A stretch of DNA of 64,000 bases, taken from positions 53,010,001 to 53,074,000 of the forward strand of contig OX597815.1 in the NCBI GenBank assembly GCA_951406725.2, given 5' to 3'. A program made the translations under genes and the position numbers. Under the pieces are notes generated by a model. The model was not told the origin of the DNA, did not search any database, and was given only the letters and a program-made list of their open reading frames with translations. Positions within the stretch are counted from its first letter, which is position 1. The number at the start of each line of letters is the position of its first letter. Below are positions 40,228 to 52,979 of the stretch, piece after piece. This DNA comes from Octopus vulgaris (lineage: Eukaryota).

Positions 40228-40769
40228 CGTGTGTATATGTATATGTCTTGGTTACAACTTTACACAGCACCCAGTACTGTGTTCGTGATTTTTCAGGGTT
40301 TTAAGAAGTGCGGAACCACTTCATAGCCACTACTGAACCAAAGGACGGACACACACACATGATTTAGGTATTTATTTGTTTTGTGACTAGTTGCCTGTGT
40401 GTTACATTTAGTCTTATGCTCAGTTTCAAGTATGCTTTCCGTCGATAATCTCTTATATTTGTGGGAAATTCTACTAAACTACAGATGTATTGTTCAGTAA
40501 TGTTTTCCTAGATATTCTTTTGTGTGGTTTGTTTCTGTGATCTGTTTATTTAGTTTGAATTTTAATTACTTGGTATTATTTTAATAATCTTTTAAATCTT
40601 TCTGTTCAAAATTGAATAGATTGCTCTATTTCTTTTTGTTTTGCGATATCTCCGTATTTATCGGTAAATAAAAATATTAGATAAATCCACAGAATATAAC
40701 AAACAGGTATCACGAAGGGCTATTTTACCAAAGTAATTCACCAAATCATAAAACATTACATATACAAAC

Positions 40770-41075
40770 GTGGCACTCCGTCGGTTTCGACGATGGGGGT
40801 TCCAGTTGATCCGATCCACGGAACAGCCGTACAAGTAGCTGAGCACTCCACAGACACGTGTACCGTTAACGTAATTCTCAGGGAGATTCAGCGTGACATA
40901 GAGAGGGAGAAGGCTAACCCTTTGAAATACAGGTACCGCTCGTTTTTGCCAGCTGAGTGCACTGGAGCAACACGAAATAAAGTTTCTTGCTCAAGGACAC
41001 AAAGCATCGCCGGGAATTGAACTCATGGCCTTACAATCGTAAGCCGAATACCCTAACCACCAAACCACGTGCCTC
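40770..41075 (-). mobile_element. tRNA-derived SINE
   Basis: Minus head ggcacgtggtttggtggttagggtattcggc..gagttcaattcc..gtgtccttgagcaag. Confidence 0.78.
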
Positions 41076-41254
41076 CACACATACAAATACAGCGTAATAA
41101 ATTCATTAGATACCACACTCATTAAAATGCTCACAGAGCTTACAAAAAGTGTTGTATACAGAATCAAATACATCGCTTTTGTATTTGGTTTACAAGACTC
41201 TTGAAGGAAATTCTTGGGTTGAAACCAATTTTGTGTCTTGGGGGGATCATTACA

Positions 41255-41582
41255 CCAACAATAATAAATACACGCGGTGGTTCAATACCGTTTCCTTATT
41301 TTTAGCCGATCGGTTGAACATCTAACCAAGTAACTAATTGGTCGTTTGTTTAATGTGTTGGTTAAACAATCAATCAGTTGTTCAAAGCCGACCTTGGAGA
41401 GAGTGCATGTCATTGATGACGGTGGCGAAAACGACGAAAGGACTTTGACAAATAAACAAATTATTGATTGTTTAACCAGCATATTAAACAAATGATCGAT
41501 TAATTAGTTGATTAGATATCTAACCAACTGACTAACAATAAGGAAGTGATATTGAACCAGTGCGTGTGGTTGTTATTATTAC
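41255..41582. mobile_element. Fold-back/MITE-like element with ~130-bp degenerate TIRs
   Basis: 41260-41385 is an approximate reverse complement of 41445-41580. Confidence 0.65.
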
Positions 41583-41889
41583 TGACGTAGTGAACCTACC
41601 CAGACAACGAAATCAAGTACGCGCTAATTGTATTGACATAATCGAAAACTTGGTTAATTTTCTCTCCATACACGTGCGAGCACGCATCAGTGTGTGTATG
41701 TGTGTGGTGTGTGAGTACATATGTATGTAAGTGTGTTTGTAAGTATGTATTTATGTATGTATATATTAGAATAGAATACTTAGGGTGAAGCACTGTTTGA
41801 TATTCCTTAAAGAAACTTGTTAGATGAGGCCAAAACAATGCGAGATGAGATATGAAATAAACTTTAAATAGGAAAACAAAACAAAAGTT

Positions 41890-42850
41890 GGAATTTTACC
41901 TTATATTTTGAGTAAACCATCTTTCCTGTTGTTTAGAGCTGGCTTCAGTTTGTTAAAGAGGACTTCCACGATGTTAGGATTATCAGTATCTTAAAGGGCG
42001 CTGATGCATAATGTGAAATCCTGGGTCTGGCACTTCTATAGGTCTTTGCAGATTGAAGTGTTTGTGCGCATGTGGTCTTTGAGGCGAATGTGCAGTTTTC
42101 TGGTTGTGCTCCCAAAATAGGATGCACCACATTTACTGCAGACTAACTCGTATACCACGTAGGCTATCGAGTATATTTTGAAGTTGTTGATGGGGCAATT
42201 AGATAGTGTGCATCCCATGATACTATTTGTGGTAGGATTTCTAAACAGAAACTACCATCTATTTGTTAAGTCCCTCCCTGCGGATCGCATGATGTATTGC
42301 AACAGTGGTTCTAAATAGAGTAGTTTTAGAAAGCACGTGTTAGATTTGAGAATTTCGGCATTCTTATAAGGTTTTGTAAGTTCAACTTTCTTTAAACGCC
42401 GTTATTTGGCGAAAGGTGGACGATAGCCGTTGTTTATCGGGATCTCGTAGAACCGTCTGGGGTTCGTGGCTTTGTCAGCATCGCTACACTTGTCGCTTAT
42501 ACGTGCGATTTCGTTTTGCAAATATGCAGCTTTCGCTTTGGTAGGTGAGGCTGATTCATAGTGCTCAAACAGGTTCCTACTGGCAGCGTTCTTGTATCAG
42601 TTTGTGTAGACGGAACAGTCTTCGTAATACTGAGCTGAAAATCGAGTAGAGAGAGGGTTCTGAACTCGTCCACAAGTTCAAATTCAAATTTTAAGTGTTT
42701 GTCGTAGTTGTTGATTCTCTGGTATATGTCAATAGCTTCTTCCCGGGAGGAAGTAAGTATTAAAATGTCGTCAAAATATCCGAAGAAAAAGAAGCTTGAG
42801 TGGTAGGTGCTAATCACCGTGCGCTCTAGTTGGTGCATGTACGTGATGGC
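41890..42850 (-). pseudogene. Decayed Penelope-like element (RT C-terminus + GIY-YIG)
   Basis: YFDDILIL..HLKFEFE..LSLLDFQL; VVYELVCSKCGASYFGSTTRKLHIRLKDH. Confidence 0.88.
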
Positions 42851-43332
42851 TTAGATGTATATCAGTAAAATATCGAAATATCAGGAAAAAAAAAAAAATA
42901 AATAAAAATAAGCCAATAAACTGATATCATGTGGTATTTACTCGCCCGTGCTACACATTTTCTTGTCACTCGCATCATGAGAAAGGGAGTGAATCAATGA
43001 TTAGTCTTTTGGAAACTTCTAACCAGCATCAGCACTGTTCACAAAACGTGAAATATGAAAATAATATCTTAATTCACTCTTTTATCTGAGGTGCATGCAT
43101 GACTGAGTAGCTAAGAAGCTCACTGTACAAACAAGTAGTTTCGGGCTTAAGAGTGTAAGAAGGAGAGCATAGAACAAAGAGAGAGAGAGAGAGAGAGAGA
43201 GTGAGAGAGAGAGAGAGAGAAGAGGAGAAAATTGGAGTGAAAGGTTGAGGCAGATAACTTTTCCTAAATGGAATGGCTTGTTTTCATATGCTTCTTCCTT
43301 AGACAAATGTCATATACTATAGTCCTGGCTTG

Positions 43333-43390
43333 CCTGCCCTGCCCTGGTCTGCCCTGGTCTGCCCTGGTCTGCCCTGGTCTGCCCTGGTCT
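43333..43390. repeat. (CTGCCCTGGT)n 10-bp minisatellite
   Basis: About five perfect copies. Confidence 0.9.
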
Positions 43391-43446
43391 AACCAATGCC
43401 TTGTGAATGAATTTGTCTGACGGAATATGTATGTATATATATATAT

Positions 43447-43750
43447 GTGGAGGCGTAATGGCCCAGTGGTTAGGGCAGCGGACTCGCGGTCGTAGGGTCG
43501 CTGTTTCGATTCCCAGACCGGGCGTTGTGAGTGTTTATTGAACGAAAACACCTAAAGCTCCACGAGGCTCCGGCAGGGGTGGTGGCGATCCCTGCTGTAC
43601 TCTTTCGCCACAACTTTCTCTCACTCTTTCTTCTGTTGGCCTGCCCGCTTAGCCAACGGGGTGGCGTCATTTGAAGGCTAAAACAATGCGAAGCGCAATG
43701 TGACCAGCGACGTGTAGCAACATCTGATAGCCTGGTCGGTCACGGTGACT
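43447..43750 (+). mobile_element. Young tRNA-derived SINE
   Basis: A box tggcccagtgg, B-box-like tttcgattcc, CpG-rich body. Confidence 0.8.
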
Positions 43751-43769
43751 AGGACCACGGTGATATATA

Positions 43770-44040
43770 TATATATATACTTGCAAATGGATGCGTCGCG
43801 TTCAATTAAGTAATATATAATATAATATAATATAATATAATATAATATATGATATATGTGTGTGTATACATGCATATATGGGTACAGGACGTCACCAATG
43901 GTGCAAATAACATGAAATATGTAAATAAAAAGAAAAAGTGGAAAACAGGACAAGTTAACACAGAGAAAGGACCCTTCATCAGTTGTCGGCTGTCTATCTA
44001 TTCTTCATTTCGAGCATTCAGCGACAATATGAGTCTTCAA
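43770..44040 (-). mobile_element. pLTR-like dispersed repeat, also at 34382-34420, 34828-34865 and 39150-39440
   Basis: Shared ttgaacgcgacgcatccatttgcaagt end motif and ctga(t/a)gaaggg box. Confidence 0.5.
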
Positions 44041-44066
44041 ATGTGTGTGTGCGTGTGTGTGCGTGT

Positions 44067-44788
44067 GTGTGCGTGCGTGCATGTGCATAAGCGTGTGTGT
44101 GAGTGTGTGAGTGTGTGTATGTGTGTGTGTGCGTGGTTGTGTTTGTTCTCTGCCACCGCTCGACTAACAACCGATGTTAATTTGTTTGCGTTTCCGTAAG
44201 CTAGCGGTTCAACAAAAGATTCCGATAGATTAAATATCACTTTAAAATAAGTACTGGGTTAGATTTGTTTGAATAAACTCCTTAGCATGGCTGCAGTCCA
44301 ACCACTGAAACAAATAGAATATAACAAATAAAAGTTAACTCCGCCCTAATACATGACGGAGTCGACGCAGTAATTAATTACGTCTTTTACATTTTGAATT
44401 CAAATTTTGTCAACGTCAACTTTAACTGTGTGCGTGCGTGCATGTGCATAAGCGTGTGTGTGAGTGTGTGAGTGTGTGTATGTGTGTGTGTGCGTGGTTG
44501 TGTTTGTTCTCTGCCACCGCTCGACTGACAACCGATGTTAATTTGTTTGCGTTTCCGTAAGCTAGCGGTTCAACAAAAGATTCCGATAGATTAAATATCA
44601 CTTTAAAATAAGTACTGGGTTAGATTTGTTTGAATAAACTCCTTAGCATGGCTGCAGTCCAACCACTGAAACAAATAGAATATAACAAATAAAAGTTAAC
44701 TCCGCCCTAATACATGACGGAGTCGACGCAGTAATTAATTACGTCTTTTACATTTTGAATTCAAATTTTGTCAACGTCAACTTTAACT
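44067..44788. repeat. Near-identical 361-bp tandem duplication
   Basis: Two copies offset by 361 nt; one substitution seen. Confidence 0.9.
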
Positions 44789-45084
44789 GTCAACCATCAA
44801 TCAGTAAGTGATGAAAATGCCATTGATTGATAAGAAAATGTGTACTTACCATATATCGTAGCTGATTTCATCGGCTATAAGCTATTTAACCCATGCACTT
44901 CATTATTTCTAACATAGGTACGGGAGGGTGAAAAGCAAAGTTGACCTTAGTGGAATTAGATCACTGAAAGTAGCGCCAGAAAGAATACTCAAATACTACG
45001 AGACATTCTGTCAGACGTTCTGCTGATTTTACCAATCCTCAGGTATTATCATGGAAACACATCGATATTAGCTAGAAACACCGG

Positions 45085-45510
45085 AATAGCGGGTTGAGAG
45101 AATTGTTAGAGCGCCGGACAAAATGTTTTGCTGTATTTCTCTATATTCTGAGTTCAAATCTTCCCGAGGTTAGCTTTGCTTTTCATCCTTTTACGGCCGA
45201 TAAAATAAAGTGCTTTATTTTATCGAGTACTTGTGGCGGTTTAATTGACTATCACCTCTAAGCTGGCGAGCTGGCGGAGCCGTTAGCAAACCGGGGAAAA
45301 TGCTTATTGACATTTCGTCCGTCTCTACCTTCTGTGTTCAAATTTGGTTGAGGTTAACTTAGCCTTTCATCTTTTCTCAGTTCATAAAATAAATACCAGT
45401 TGAGCAGTTAAGTTGATTTAATCGACTTGGCTCCTCCCCCAAAACTACTGGCCATGCGCCGAAATTTGAAACCAATAGACTAAATTCCTAGTCTTGTGCC
45501 TATGTTAGAA
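45085..45510 (+). mobile_element. Two nested or tandem SINE family B copies
   Basis: gagttcaaatcttcccgaggttagctttgcttttcatcc; ggcgagctggcggagccgttagc. Confidence 0.7.
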
Positions 45511-45635
45511 ATCATTCATTAACTAAAACAAATTAACTAGCTCTCTGTTCTTTACTAATTAGCTTTGTTATTTCAATGACGAAGCAAGCTCCAATAATTA
45601 ACTTATCAATGCAGTTTCTAACAAAGGATAAATAC

Positions 45636-45925
45636 CTTATTACTGAACTAAAGCTAAAACCCTTTAGCCAACACAACTACAATCAATGACAGAACACATG
45701 AAATGATAATGATGTATATGACAAGAAACGTGCTTTTCCAGCGTTTGAATTTGTTTTCAGCATTTAACACCAAAGAACTTCTGTATTCATTCCAAAATAA
45801 GTTCTTTTTCAGTGAAGAGTTTTTTTCTTCTTGCGTTGACGATAAGACCTCAGATCTTACCGACATATATTTCCCGGGGCGTCAAATTTAACACTGCGAA
45901 GACTTCAACAGTAGAGTCAAGAGAA
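45636..45925 (-). CDS. Candidate first coding exon of a host type II membrane protein (unidentified)
   Basis: Acceptor tttgtatttcag at 45926-45937, ATG at 45866, MSVRSE..KFKRWK followed by the hydrophobic STFLVIYIIIISCVLSLIVVVLA. In-frame TAG at 45654 unless a 1-nt indel or a weak donor is used; AG|GTATTT donor at 45635. Confidence 0.4.
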
Positions 45926-46659
45926 CTGAAATACAAAGAAGCACATCACAAAAGTGTAAGAGAGCATAAAACGGAGAGAGAGAAAGAGGGAGGAGGGAGA
46001 GGAAGAGGGAGAGAATTGGAGAGATAGGTTGAGACAGATAGCTATCCCTAAATGGATTTGTTTTCATGTGCCTCTTCCATTTTACAAAAGCATTAGCTCC
46101 ATCTAAAATTTGTTTACTTCGATGAACTCAATTTATTTTCTTTCAATATGTTTAAACAGTATTTTTAAAGATGGATGATTAGTTTCAGTGAGCAAAAAAT
46201 AAACAAAATAAAAAAAATCGACATTTTGAGGAAGTTGAAACCACAATTAGCAGTTTGTGAATCTATCGCATGAAGAGTCTGTTGAGACACGGGGAAAAAA
46301 TTATTCAACTAAATTTTAGATGGAGTTACACAGGTTGAGGTCTGTGTAACCATTCAGTGGATCCTTTCTTTCAGATTGTTGATTATAAATTGGTAATTAA
46401 AATGGATAATTATCATGCGTGCATGTTTTCCTGTAATAACTTATCAACATGCATGTCCAATAATGTTATATAAATTGACCTATAATCGAACTGTGCAAAA
46501 TTACTAATAAAATCTTAGCCGATAGGTAAAAGGTATAAACTATATCAGCTTATTTATCGAATAGACATATTCATATATTATGAAATAAGCTGCCATACTG
46601 TACCGGACTCCTACTTCAAATTGAATTAGAACTTAATAATTAAGCATTAATATAACTAA

Positions 46660-46877
46660 TATTGATTTCAAATTTTAACAGAAGGCCAGCAAGTTCGGGG
46701 AAGAGGGTAAGTCGATCACATCGACCCCAGTATTCAGTGATACTTTTTTTATCGACCCTGAAAAGATAAACAGCAAAGTAGACTTCAGCAGAATTTGAAC
46801 TCAGAACGTGAAGACGAATGAAATGCCGCTAAGCATTTCGCCCGGCGTGCTAACGATTTTTCCAGCTCCAACTCGCC

Positions 46878-46880
<3 letters not shown>
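46660..46880 (-). mobile_element. SINE family B copy
   Basis: gaatttgaactcagaacgt..gctaagcatttcgcccggcgtgctaacg. Confidence 0.78.
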
Positions 46881-46936
<56 letters not shown>

Positions 46937-47216
46937 TACACACAAGAATTATTGGCGACGGAAGCAGCATTAGTACCAAAAGCTAATCCTTATATTTAAC
47001 TTAACGTAGATGTCTTTGTTAAAACAAGGAATACTGCGTTGTTAGCCTAGAAAGGACCTCTCATGTAGGCACTTGGTGTATAAAACCTCACACAAATATT
47101 GTAGCAACCGAGAAACTTTTGTTGCGCGGCCAACTTGTTAGTATTCATTCTTAATTAGGACTCGCGCTAACTCACTTACGTAACAAGATAATTCAGAGTT
47201 ATATTTGCGAAATATA

Positions 47217-47452
47217 AGGCGGCGAACGGGAAGACTGATTAGAACTCCGGGCAGAATGCTTAGCTGCATTTCGTCCGTCTTTAAATTCTAAGTTCAACAT
47301 CTGCCGAGGTCGACCATGTCTTTCTTCCTTTCGGAGTAAATAAAGAAAATACCAGTTGAACAGTGGCTGGGCTCTATAACACTGGGGTAGATGTAATAGA
47401 CTTACCCCATCCCCCGAAATTGCTGGCCTTGTGCCAAAATTTGAAACCAATA
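47217..47452 (+). mobile_element. SINE family B copy
   Basis: ggcggcgaac..aagttcaac..gaggtcgacc..gtgccaaaatttgaaacc. Confidence 0.75.
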
Positions 47453-47479
47453 TTTGTGAAATATTCATTTTTTTTATTG

Positions 47480-47880
47480 CCCACTGGGGGCTATACACAG
47501 TAAGGAAGACAAGGATAGAGAAAGGGATTAAGTCGATTACATCGACCCCAGTGTTCAACTGGTACTTACTTTATCGGCCCCGAAAGGACGAAAGGCAAAG
47601 CGACCTCGGCGGAATTTGAACTCTGAATGTAACGGCAGATGAAATACCTATTTTTTTACTACCCACAAGGGGCTAAACACAGAGGGGACAGACAAGGACA
47701 GGCAAACGGATTAAGTCGATTATATCGACACCAGTGCGTAACTGGTACTTAATTTATCGACCCCGAAAGGATGAAAGGCAAAGTCGACGTCGGCGGAATT
47801 TGAACTCGGAATGTAACGGGAAACGAAATACCGCTAAGCATTTCGCCCGGTGTGCTAACCATTCTGCCAGCTCACCGCCC
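47480..47880 (-). mobile_element. SINE family B copy with internal duplication
   Basis: Two gattaagtcgatta..aactggtactta..cccgaaagga..ggcggaatttgaact blocks. Confidence 0.8.
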
Positions 47881-48059
47881 TTATTTGTGAAATATTTGTT
47901 CCCTCACAAACATTATCTGGTCACTTTTAGAAACTTTTGTTTGACTTGTTTTCGTTCGAATCCTCAAGCAATCGTTATTCCTCCAGAAACAGATCGTAAA
48001 CATGAATTCGATTTTTTAATATTTTTCATACATACATACATACATACATACATGCATAC

Positions 48060-48800
48060 GTTGGCCAAAATAAGTTTAAGACTGACGATGACAGTTCTAA
48101 TCCTTCATTAATTCATTTGCCTGATAATGTTCATGAAGGACACATTTTACTGATAACGCAACACGATCTTTGGTCTAGTAACTGGGCTGATACTACGACG
48201 CTTTCTACGTATGTCTCTACGTTAACTATTTTGCTTTGATTTAATACTTATAGTAGAAGACATGCCCTTCATATCCCACCAAACACAGAGAATAACTTTT
48301 TTCGGGTATAGGTCCTATTTGGGGTATGAACTCTCTCTCTTTTCATTGGATGTTAACCACTGACATTTTCGTGGGTATGATCATAGAAGACCCACTTTTC
48401 ATCACTTGTTATAATTCTACCCACAAAAGAATCGATGGCAAATTTACTCTGCAATGATAATTGGCAACTCGCTCATTAAGCTGAGAAATTGTCATATGTT
48501 GAGGAACCCATTGACCAAGTTTATAGTTTTCTTAGGTCAAAAAATTATGTTATAATTGAAGTGTGATTTAAACTGTTTTGCTAATTTTCGTGCAGATTGC
48601 TTTGGATTTTCTTCACCTAATGTTTTCAGAGGTTCAATATTGACCGAATTTAGTCGTCCAGATCGATGAAAAGCTTTACGAGAAAAATTCCTTGAAACAC
48701 ACCGCTTCCTTTGCTGAAGGGCCCTTCTTGAATTCATACGGCATCTAGTGTGTGATATGGGGCTGATAAGCGGTCATTTTTAAAGGGTTAAACCGGTATA
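48060..48800 (-). pseudogene. Decayed mariner transposase
   Basis: RSGRL..ENPKQSARKLA; KLGQWVPQ; ITSDEKWVFYD; LYPKK..LCVWWD. Confidence 0.8.
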
Positions 48801-48957
48801 ATCTGCAAAGAAAGGGAAAACGTTAAACTATAAAAAGTAATGCATATTTTTACCATAAGTATTGGAAAAGCACTTTCAAAGTGATCGTTTCAAAAATGTG
48901 ACAGAACTGTTTTTCCAACCTAATACATACAAATGTATGTATAAATATATATATATA

Positions 48958-49012
<55 letters not shown>

Positions 49013-49508
49013 ATATACATCACTCTTACACACATTCAATCTACTCGCCACTAATACTACCACGACACTGTACACACACACACACTACTACTCAACACAC
49101 GCTGGCACGCTACATACGCCCCACCCCTTCCCCTCCCTCCCTTCCTCCTTCCTCCCTTTTCTCACTACTGACCTTTGTCTGCTATGCTGCTGCTATGCTG
49201 ACCACCGTCTCGCCCTACCTCACACGCCTACACACAGACGCACACACTAACACATACATATATTTTTTGTTTTTTTACCTCGCCTCACACACACACATAC
49301 ACACACGCACACGCACACACTCACACATACACACACATCTGTTGCGTTACCAACCTTGTCTCCACTCTTTTGCCTTTAAAAACCCACTTTGCTCTTGTTA
49401 TCGTAAACATCCGCCTTTCACCATGTGCTACTGCTAACACCAGCCGTTTTTTTCTCTATCTCCGTTGCCCGCTCCGGGATCTTTCTTTCCTCTCTCTTCC
49501 TTCTTTAT

Positions 49509-49543
49509 GTTTCCGACGAAGAGCTCCGCTCGAAACGTCATAC
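49509..49543 (+). ncRNA. Minimal hammerhead-like motif with CCGACGA core
   Basis: gttt CCGACGA a gagc-tcc-gctc GAAA cg TC atac. Confidence 0.55.
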
Positions 49544-49759
49544 CTCCCTGCTTCCATTTCCTGAGCGCCTATTAATAATAATACTGTAATTGTTCCCTTG
49601 TTGTTGTTTTTTTGTTTCCCGTTTGGATTAAAATTATATATATATATACATACATACATACATACATACATACATGCATTCATACATTCACATGCAAATA
49701 TACTTAAATAACTATAAATGTTAACTATTTCGCTTTGATTTAATGCATATAGTTGCATA

Positions 49760-50415
49760 TCTCGACATATTCACATATATCTAAATGATAAACCTCTGGA
49801 AAGTTGTACAGATTTTTACAGTTCCAGTGATGATGGACTGGATCAGTAGTCTTCGAATCAGCTTTCCCCTTTCTGATTTTACGAATCTTAATTTCTCAAG
49901 ATTAGATAGTGTGCTGCATAATGATTACAGGTATAATGATTACAGGTATAAACCTGAACTTGTAATTTGGATAAAGTAGCTCAATAGTTCAGCGTAGGTG
50001 TTTTCTTTTTTGCTGTTCTTTAGCTTTATGTTAACATCCGCTGGGCAGCTGATTTCCACAACTGTACACAGTTTCTCTTCGCTATCTCAAATTACTGTCA
50101 GGTCTATTATGTTTACATTTTATTGAGAATTTCACTAGGACATTCCACTAGTACTCCTTTTTATTATGAGTGACTATGGCCTCTACCATACGGCAGAATC
50201 TTATTTGTTTAGTTTCGGGTTTATCCTTCCGACGAATTTCATTATACAGTGTTCCGACTACAACATCATGTCTTATCGGTAGTTAATACTGTGATGATAT
50301 TTTCGGACAACTGCTGATTATGTGGGTGATATATTCGGTATTAACTCCACAAAGTCTGCTTCGGTTATCACGTTTTTCTGCTTTTCCCGCGTCTCTGTCC
50401 CTTTTGTGCATCAGT
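49760..50415 (-). pseudogene. Decayed 3' fragment of an RLE-type non-LTR retrotransposon
   Basis: RHDVVVGTLYNEIRRKD; KHNRPD; CTVVEISCPADVNI..KENTYAEL. Confidence 0.75.
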
Positions 50416-51689
50416 TATTTGGTTGATATTTCTTGTATGTATGTATGTATGTATGTATGTATGTATGTATGTATGTATGTATGTATGTATGTATGTATGT
50501 ATGCATGCATGTATGTAGGCATGTATGTATGTATGTATGTATGTATGTATGTATGTATGTATGTATGTATGTATGTATGCATGCATGTATGTAGGCATGT
50601 ATGTATGTATGTATGTATGTATGTATGTATGTATGTATGTATGTATGTATGTATGTGCAGTTTAATCAGTTAAATGTGGCTTACTCTAATCTAAATTTAA
50701 ATATAAAACGTTCTCTGCCTGAAATTGTATTTCACCTTTTAAATATATTTTGTCTAAACAGACAACTTTTGCAACTTTGATTGCTGCACGAATTTTTTGT
50801 GTTAGCAGCGTATTTTGAAAACATTTTAGAAAATAACGAGTTTTAAACAATGTTTAGATCTTTCAGAAACAACAATGCTACAAACTCGCATTTGTCTTCT
50901 CTACGTTGTGTTGGAAGCATTAAAAACGACACAATGGAATATTATCCGTTAAGATTTAAGATGGATGATTCAATGTTGTTCGCCTCAAAATGACAACAGA
51001 CCGGCCAACCATACGTTAAAAGCAAATAGCGTGAAAGTAATTGCAGACGAAACAGTCGCTATAAAATCTATTTGTTCCACAAGCAACCGTCAAGACAGTA
51101 AACTTGTGGCGGAATATAATAGAAATGACGAGTTTGAGAAGGAAGGGGAAGAAATGTTAATGATTTTTAAAATAAGAATAATACTTCTCACTTGAGATGT
51201 AAAATAAAAAGTTACAATCGTTAGATATGACTATAGAAAAATATCTCATATTAAAAAAAAAGAATAAAATGTGAAGACGCGACGTTCATGCCTTGCCTAG
51301 AAACATTGTTATAAGAAGTAAAAGAGTTTCAATTTGTATCTCGGATGTATCTCGGTCACAAATGTGGTAGAAATATTTATTGCTTACATATCTGAAGGAG
51401 ACGAAGTAATGTGTAATAATATAAAAGCACAGAAATAGGTTTAGACTTAATCTAAATAAACTAAATAGAACATCATTATATTACTTAGGCATAAGCTATA
51501 CAAGGTGCATAGACAATGATTATGTTACATATTGAGGTAAGATAACTTTGATTAATCAAGAATGAACCTATAAGGAGGAGTGAATATTAACTCATCCAAA
51601 AAGGAAGGCGACGGTGCCGACCCAGAGGATAAATCAAAAGGATAATTTTTTTAAAGGTTGACACACCGAAATCAGTATATTCTCTCTAT

Positions 51690-51895
51690 TATAGGCAGAA
51701 GGTTTGAAGTTTCGTAGACAGAGACTAATCGATTACATTAACCTCAGTGCTCAACAGGTATTTATTTTATGGACTCCAAATGGATGAAAGGCAAAGTCGA
51801 TCTCGGTGATATCTGAACTCAGAACGTAAAACTAGAAAAAAAGGCCCTAAGCATCTTGGGCGGCACGCTAACAATTCTTCTAACTGGCCACCTCA
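51690..51895 (-). mobile_element. SINE family B copy (old)
   Basis: ggatgaaaggcaaagtcgatctcgg..gaactcagaacgt. Confidence 0.7.
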
Positions 51896-52979
51896 AAATC
51901 TCAGTGAATTAAAACCAGAAATAGGTAAATTAATGGTTTCAAATTTTGGCACAAGTCCAGCAAGTTCGGGGGAGATAAAACAAACTGAATCTATCACTAC
52001 ATATATACAAACATAGCTAAACTACAGACGAGTGTAACCGTGATGGTAATAATGGCTACGAATATATTTAACTTACTTAAATACATTTGAAAAGGATAAT
52101 AACGTTAAAATATATAAAACTATATGCATTTTTCAATATAGATATTTACAGGATGTAATAGAATATACATTGATAATCTTGAAAAAAACATCTTTGGCGC
52201 AATGTGTATTTTATAACCAACGGAAATAATTCGAATAATATTGGATTTATTCCCCTTTTTGTGACACAAGATATGCAAATACATAATTGCATTTATTATA
52301 TGAGTGATAAACAACAATACCAATAACCATGCATGTATAAATAAATGCGCACGCACACAAACACATACACACGCACGCGCGCACATACACATATACACAC
52401 ACTGAACTAGCTGAAACTGATAGAGTCGATTCCGCTTAAATGCATATCGGTCATTTGTATAATTCTGTTAATTGCACAACCTTTCAAAATACCGAAACAT
52501 TTAGCAGTAAATCTATGATCTTTTAATTGCATACTGAATTTTGGTTAATTGTATATGATTCCTTTTCTAATTTAAAAAAAAATACTGTCAAAATATAGCT
52601 TCAAAATTAATATTGAAATAACATGAATAAAATGAATCTGAGAATTTCCGTTTTTATGATGAGTTAAAATAACAGCAGTCGGTGCTTCATGTTTACAAAC
52701 AACCAGTATCAAGTAAATCTAATGTATTCACATTATTGTAACCATTCAAATGAATTGAACGCTATGGAAGTAAGATTCTGCAATATATTTTTCTTAATTT
52801 TTAATTGTGTAATAAAATTCTTCAATAAATAAAATCTTCGCTGTAGATACAACTTGTAAAACGATAAATTCTGAATCAAACGGTGAATGTTTTTATAACC
52901 GAACAATCAATTTTTAAAAAGAAATCTGCACTACATTAGTGGTTACTATTGAATAATTCAAAGTGTATGAAAGTCATTG

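Noticed and set aside
43965-44020. gctcgaaa...ctgatga order suggesting a permuted (type II) hammerhead
   Set aside because: No complementary helix II or helix III arms could be formed.
44843-44890. 25-nt micro-exon candidate with a strong ATG|GTAAGT donor on the minus strand
   Set aside because: Its phase is incompatible with the 45636 candidate exon (stops appear) and it abuts a SINE.
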